Part shown: positions 60,501-64,000 of the stretch, piece after piece
How the letters are laid out: every line of letters starts with the position of its first letter
Position numbering within the stretch: the stretch's first letter is position 1
Origin: Azolla caroliniana
Lineage: Eukaryota > Plantae > Polypodiophyta
Assembly: GCA_043228905.1 (NCBI GenBank)
Contig: JBHGNT010000005.1
Coordinates: 22,568,001 to 22,632,000, forward strand
DNA: 64,000 bases
Direction of reading: 5' to 3'
The notes under the pieces: generated by a model
What the model was told of the DNA's origin: nothing
Databases searched by the model: none
Seen by the model: only the letters and a program-made list of their open reading frames with translations
Position numbers and translations under genes: made by a program

Positions 60501-62612
60501 CTGTTTGCCGTACTGGCAATGCTCGCAAAACTGATGGTCCGAGAAGGAGAGTTTCGGGATGTATCCGGCTCTGGATTGGTGCGTGATGCCGGCCTTGCTG
60601 AGGTGTCCAAGTCGTCCATGCCATAAGGATGTCACAGGGATATCTACCAGAAATAAGTTACCCTCTCTTAGTGTGACATACAAAGGGTACAATGAGTGTA
60701 CCTTTGGTCCTCTAGCAAGCAGGAGGTTCCCTCTATGGAGTGTCCACCCTCCTGATGAGAAACCAGCACAGATGCCAGCTTCATCAAGTTGTCTGATTGA
60801 GATCAAGGGTCATGAGAGCTCAGGAACGTGTCGGAGGTTGTCTAGTACGAGTGTAGAGCCACCCAGAAGGTTGAGCTCTACGGTGCCGATTCCGATGATA
60901 GCACAGTGCTGCGAATTTCCGACCCAAACTGAGTCGGAGTGCCGATCCGAATATTGCCGAAACTGTGATCAGTGAGGTGTCATGTGATATGACGCGCCCG
61001 AGTCCAGAAGCCATGTGCAAGATTCTTCAGTCGTAAGCAGAACTTCTGATTCGACTGGATTCTCTATGAACAATATGTTCGGGTCGGTCGTCAATATCTC
61101 GGCTGAAGAGCCGACGTAGTTGACTTCCTCATGCCAGTTACTCCTCTTATCAGCTCTCAGAACTTTGTCTGTCTTTGACTTGAGTACCCGACAGTCGGCC
61201 TTGATGTGTCCCAGTTTCTTGCAGTAGTTGCAGATTCGGGTTTCCCAGGACTTGCTGTGGCTTTGCTAATTTGTCGGCGGTCGGAAGAGCTTCTTCCCCG
61301 GTTGTTCGATCGGTCAATCGAACCTTGTACTACATAGGCTTCTTCTGCCGAGTCTTTGGTGAAAGACTTTCTCCGAGATACTTCAGTTAGGATTGCACTT
61401 GTGACTTCGGAGTACTTGATGGCAGTCGTAGAAGCGTTGCACACAGTTGTAACGAAGGTTTCCCAAGAGGAGGGGAGACTGCTCATGAGAATCATTGCTC
61501 TGAGTTCATCCTCGATTGTTGTCCCCTGTGACGACATTTGGGAGCTCAAACTTTCGTACTCGTTAAGGTGTGCCTGAATCGAATCGGAGTCTTTCATCCG
61601 CAAGTTGTAGTGGCGCCGGATCAAATACATCTTCGTTGAGGCAACCTTCTTTTCGTAGGTTTCCGACAGCTTCTTCCAAAGTTCGAAGGCTGTCGTGCAC
61701 GATTGCACTGTGAAGTACACTGACTCCGGTAGGTGCATCCGAATCGTGGCACGGACGGTTTTGTCCAGCTTCTACCACTCATTTGCCTTGTATATTTCTG
61801 GAGCGGTTTTATTCTCAATCGGATCGATCTGACCCTTGACTATAAGATAGTCCTGCATTTGCTCCTTCCAAAAATTGAAGTTTGAACCGTTGAACCTCCT
61901 TAGACTCATTTCCGATGAGCCGAATGTTGATGCCATCATATTCGATTTCGGTTAACGAAGCTTGGTTCGGAGTTGACTACAAACCTTGTTGGAGTGCAGC
62001 CGGTCGGCTCACCCGATATCTTTCTAGTCGGATTTGATCCCGAGTCGGTTCGGTTTCGGATATATGTATTGTTGAACTTGCGGTTACGATCACGAGGAAC
62101 AGAGTATAGCCGGCTGGGTTACTCCAAGTGAAGATGATCTAACGCGATGAGATGCAAGCCTCGTTTTTCTTCTTCTTCTCTCTTCTCTGTTTCTTCAAAT
62201 ACAAAACAAAAAAACAGAATGTTGTGATCCAAAGATTCGAATGGCGGCCGGCAGCAGGATGAAGGACATCCAAGCTCTGATACCAAATGTAGGGAATGAA
62301 CAAGGCCGTCAGTGCGGAAGAGATCACACAGTATGAATCTGTGAGGAAGAAATACCTGCGTATGAGAGAGGCAAGAACAAATTACGTACAGAGAGAGAGA
62401 GAGAGAGAGAGAGGAACAAAGAATATATCTATATTCATAAAGCGGCAACCGTTACAACAATGAACAACCAACCTTTACAAAAGGTTACAAAGTCACTTTA
62501 TGTAGTGACTCACTTAGGGCAACTTCCCTTTATGTTATTTACAGAAATAGCCCGAACTTGGGCTCTCTAAGAGGATAGTGTGAATACGTTCATTATACAT
62601 TTGTATTCGACA
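57376..62612 (-). mobile_element. Copia A3, two LTRs but non-matching flanks (recombinant)
   Basis: LTRs at 57376-57716 and 62288-62612; PPT at 57717-57731; PBS-Met at 62274-62285; flanks CCCGG / GAAGG. Confidence 0.92.
57912..61939 (-). pseudogene. A3 gag-pol with stops and frameshifts
   Basis: Gag, protease, integrase (59799-60806), RT and RNase H (57912-58457) are colinear with A1 and A2. Confidence 0.92.
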
Positions 62613-63463
62613 GAAGGAATGTCGTCTTCACGTCTAGCTGCTCTACCTCGAGGTCCATGCTTGCCGCTATACTCAGCACCGTCCGGATGGAGGTCATCTT
62701 TACTATCGGGGCAAATATCTCGTTGAAGTCCACGCCCTTCATCTGCTGGAAGCCCTTGACCACGATCCTGGATTTGTATCTCGGGGGGTTGCCGCATCTC
62801 CCGGTTTCAACTTGTACACCCACTTATTTCGGAGTGCCCGCTTTCCTTTCGGCAATTCCACCAATTCGTACGTATGGTTCTCATGTAGGGAATCCATCTC
62901 ATCCTACATGGCACTTAACCATTTGCGTTTGTGGGTGTCATCCTTCGCCTCTACGAAGCTTTCTGGCTCCCCCTCATCGGTTAGCAGCACATGCTCTGCA
63001 TTCGGAAATCTTTGGGGGGCTCTTCTCTCTCTGAGAGGATATCTCCGTCTTTGGGCTTCGGTAGCCGGCTCCTCCATTTGCTCTTCATCCAAATCCGATT
63101 CGGGGTCTTGGCCAGTTCCGGTTTTAGCTTCCTCTACTTCTTCTTCTACCGGTTCGGTATCCTCACCGTAACCAGCTGGTTCCTCGAGTGCTAAGCGGTC
63201 TCTTGCCGGTTGGGTCTGCTCATCGTAGAATCGATCCTTACCGGTCGACTCAGAGTTCATTACCTTCTTCTCTGACTCCCAGTCGGCGAGAAGAGTACAC
63301 AGGATGTTTACGTGGAAAACCCAAACTCGGGAAAAAACCACGGCAGCCCACAGACCGCGAACTATCACTATGTCAGAATGTACAATAAGAAAGCACCGAG
63401 GCCACGACCTCGAGCTTGCTATCCTCGCCACAGGCGGCGGTTACAATCAGAGGCAACGAACTC

Positions 63464-63536
<73 letters not shown>

Positions 63537-63767
63537 ACACAGTTGCACGCTCTAATCTTGTGCCAACAAGAATGACAACAACACACTCTAAAGTTTGCCC
63601 TAAGTCATATTTATACTAATGTGACTTTTCGGCTATTTACAAACATAGCCCTGATGGACTCTCAGAAAAACATATTTACGGATATGTCCCTTCATCCGGT
63701 GAGCACTCCTCACCGGGCCTGCATCATCCGGCGCTTGTCGGGTACTTGTCATCCAATTCTCACCGGG
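62613..63767 (-). mobile_element. Inverted B2 segment: rest of the 5' LTR (63291-63767) joined by deletion to integrase C-terminus / RT N-terminus
   Basis: 62613-63290 matches B1 ~52582-53260; 63291-63767 matches the B LTR, including (CT)n. Confidence 0.85.
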
Positions 63768-63963
63768 TGTCGAATACAAATATATAATGGACGTATTCAC
63801 ACTATCCTCTTAAAGAGCCCAAGTTCGGGCTATTTCTGTAAATAACATAAAGGGCAGTTGCCCTAAGTGAGTCACTACATAAAGTGACTTTGTAACCTTT
63901 TGTAAAGGTTGGTTGTTCATTGTTGTAATGGTTGCCCCTTTATGAATATAGATATATTCTTTG

Positions 63964-64000
<37 letters not shown>
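63768..64000 (+). repeat. A-family LTR (A4), plus orientation, cut by the window edge
   Basis: TGTCGAATACAAAT... is the reverse complement of the A2/A3 LTRs as they read on the plus strand. Confidence 0.92.

Overview
Land-plant nuclear DNA; the TE content hints at a non-seed plant, but that is inference. About 2.5-17.7 kb is AT-rich and holds a tandem array of three intronless, GC-rich alpha-expansin genes on the minus strand. The rest is LTR retrotransposons: Copia remnants at 1-2.5 kb and 18-19 kb, and a nested block from ~19.7 kb to the end that I resolved with LTR termini, PBS/PPT and target-site duplications (TSDs). Copia A1 contains Copia A2 (TSD GGTAC), which contains Gypsy G1 (tRNA-Trp PBS, 4-bp TSD, inserted in A2's PPT) and Gypsy G2 (TSD TTCGG, ~900-codon extra ORF). 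A1 is fused to Gypsy G3, which contains Copia B1 (TSD TAATC) and Copia B2. B2 was hit by two oppositely oriented A-family elements whose recombination apparently inverted ~1.15 kb. Most interesting: G2's accessory coiled-coil ORF and missing PPT; G1's divergent, fungal-like Pol with a candidate -1 frameshift after the protease; the TSD-swapped inversion; the chimeric middle expansin; and a solo LTR carrying an RNase H fragment. Family labels (A, B, C, G1-G3) are my own. No searches were run.
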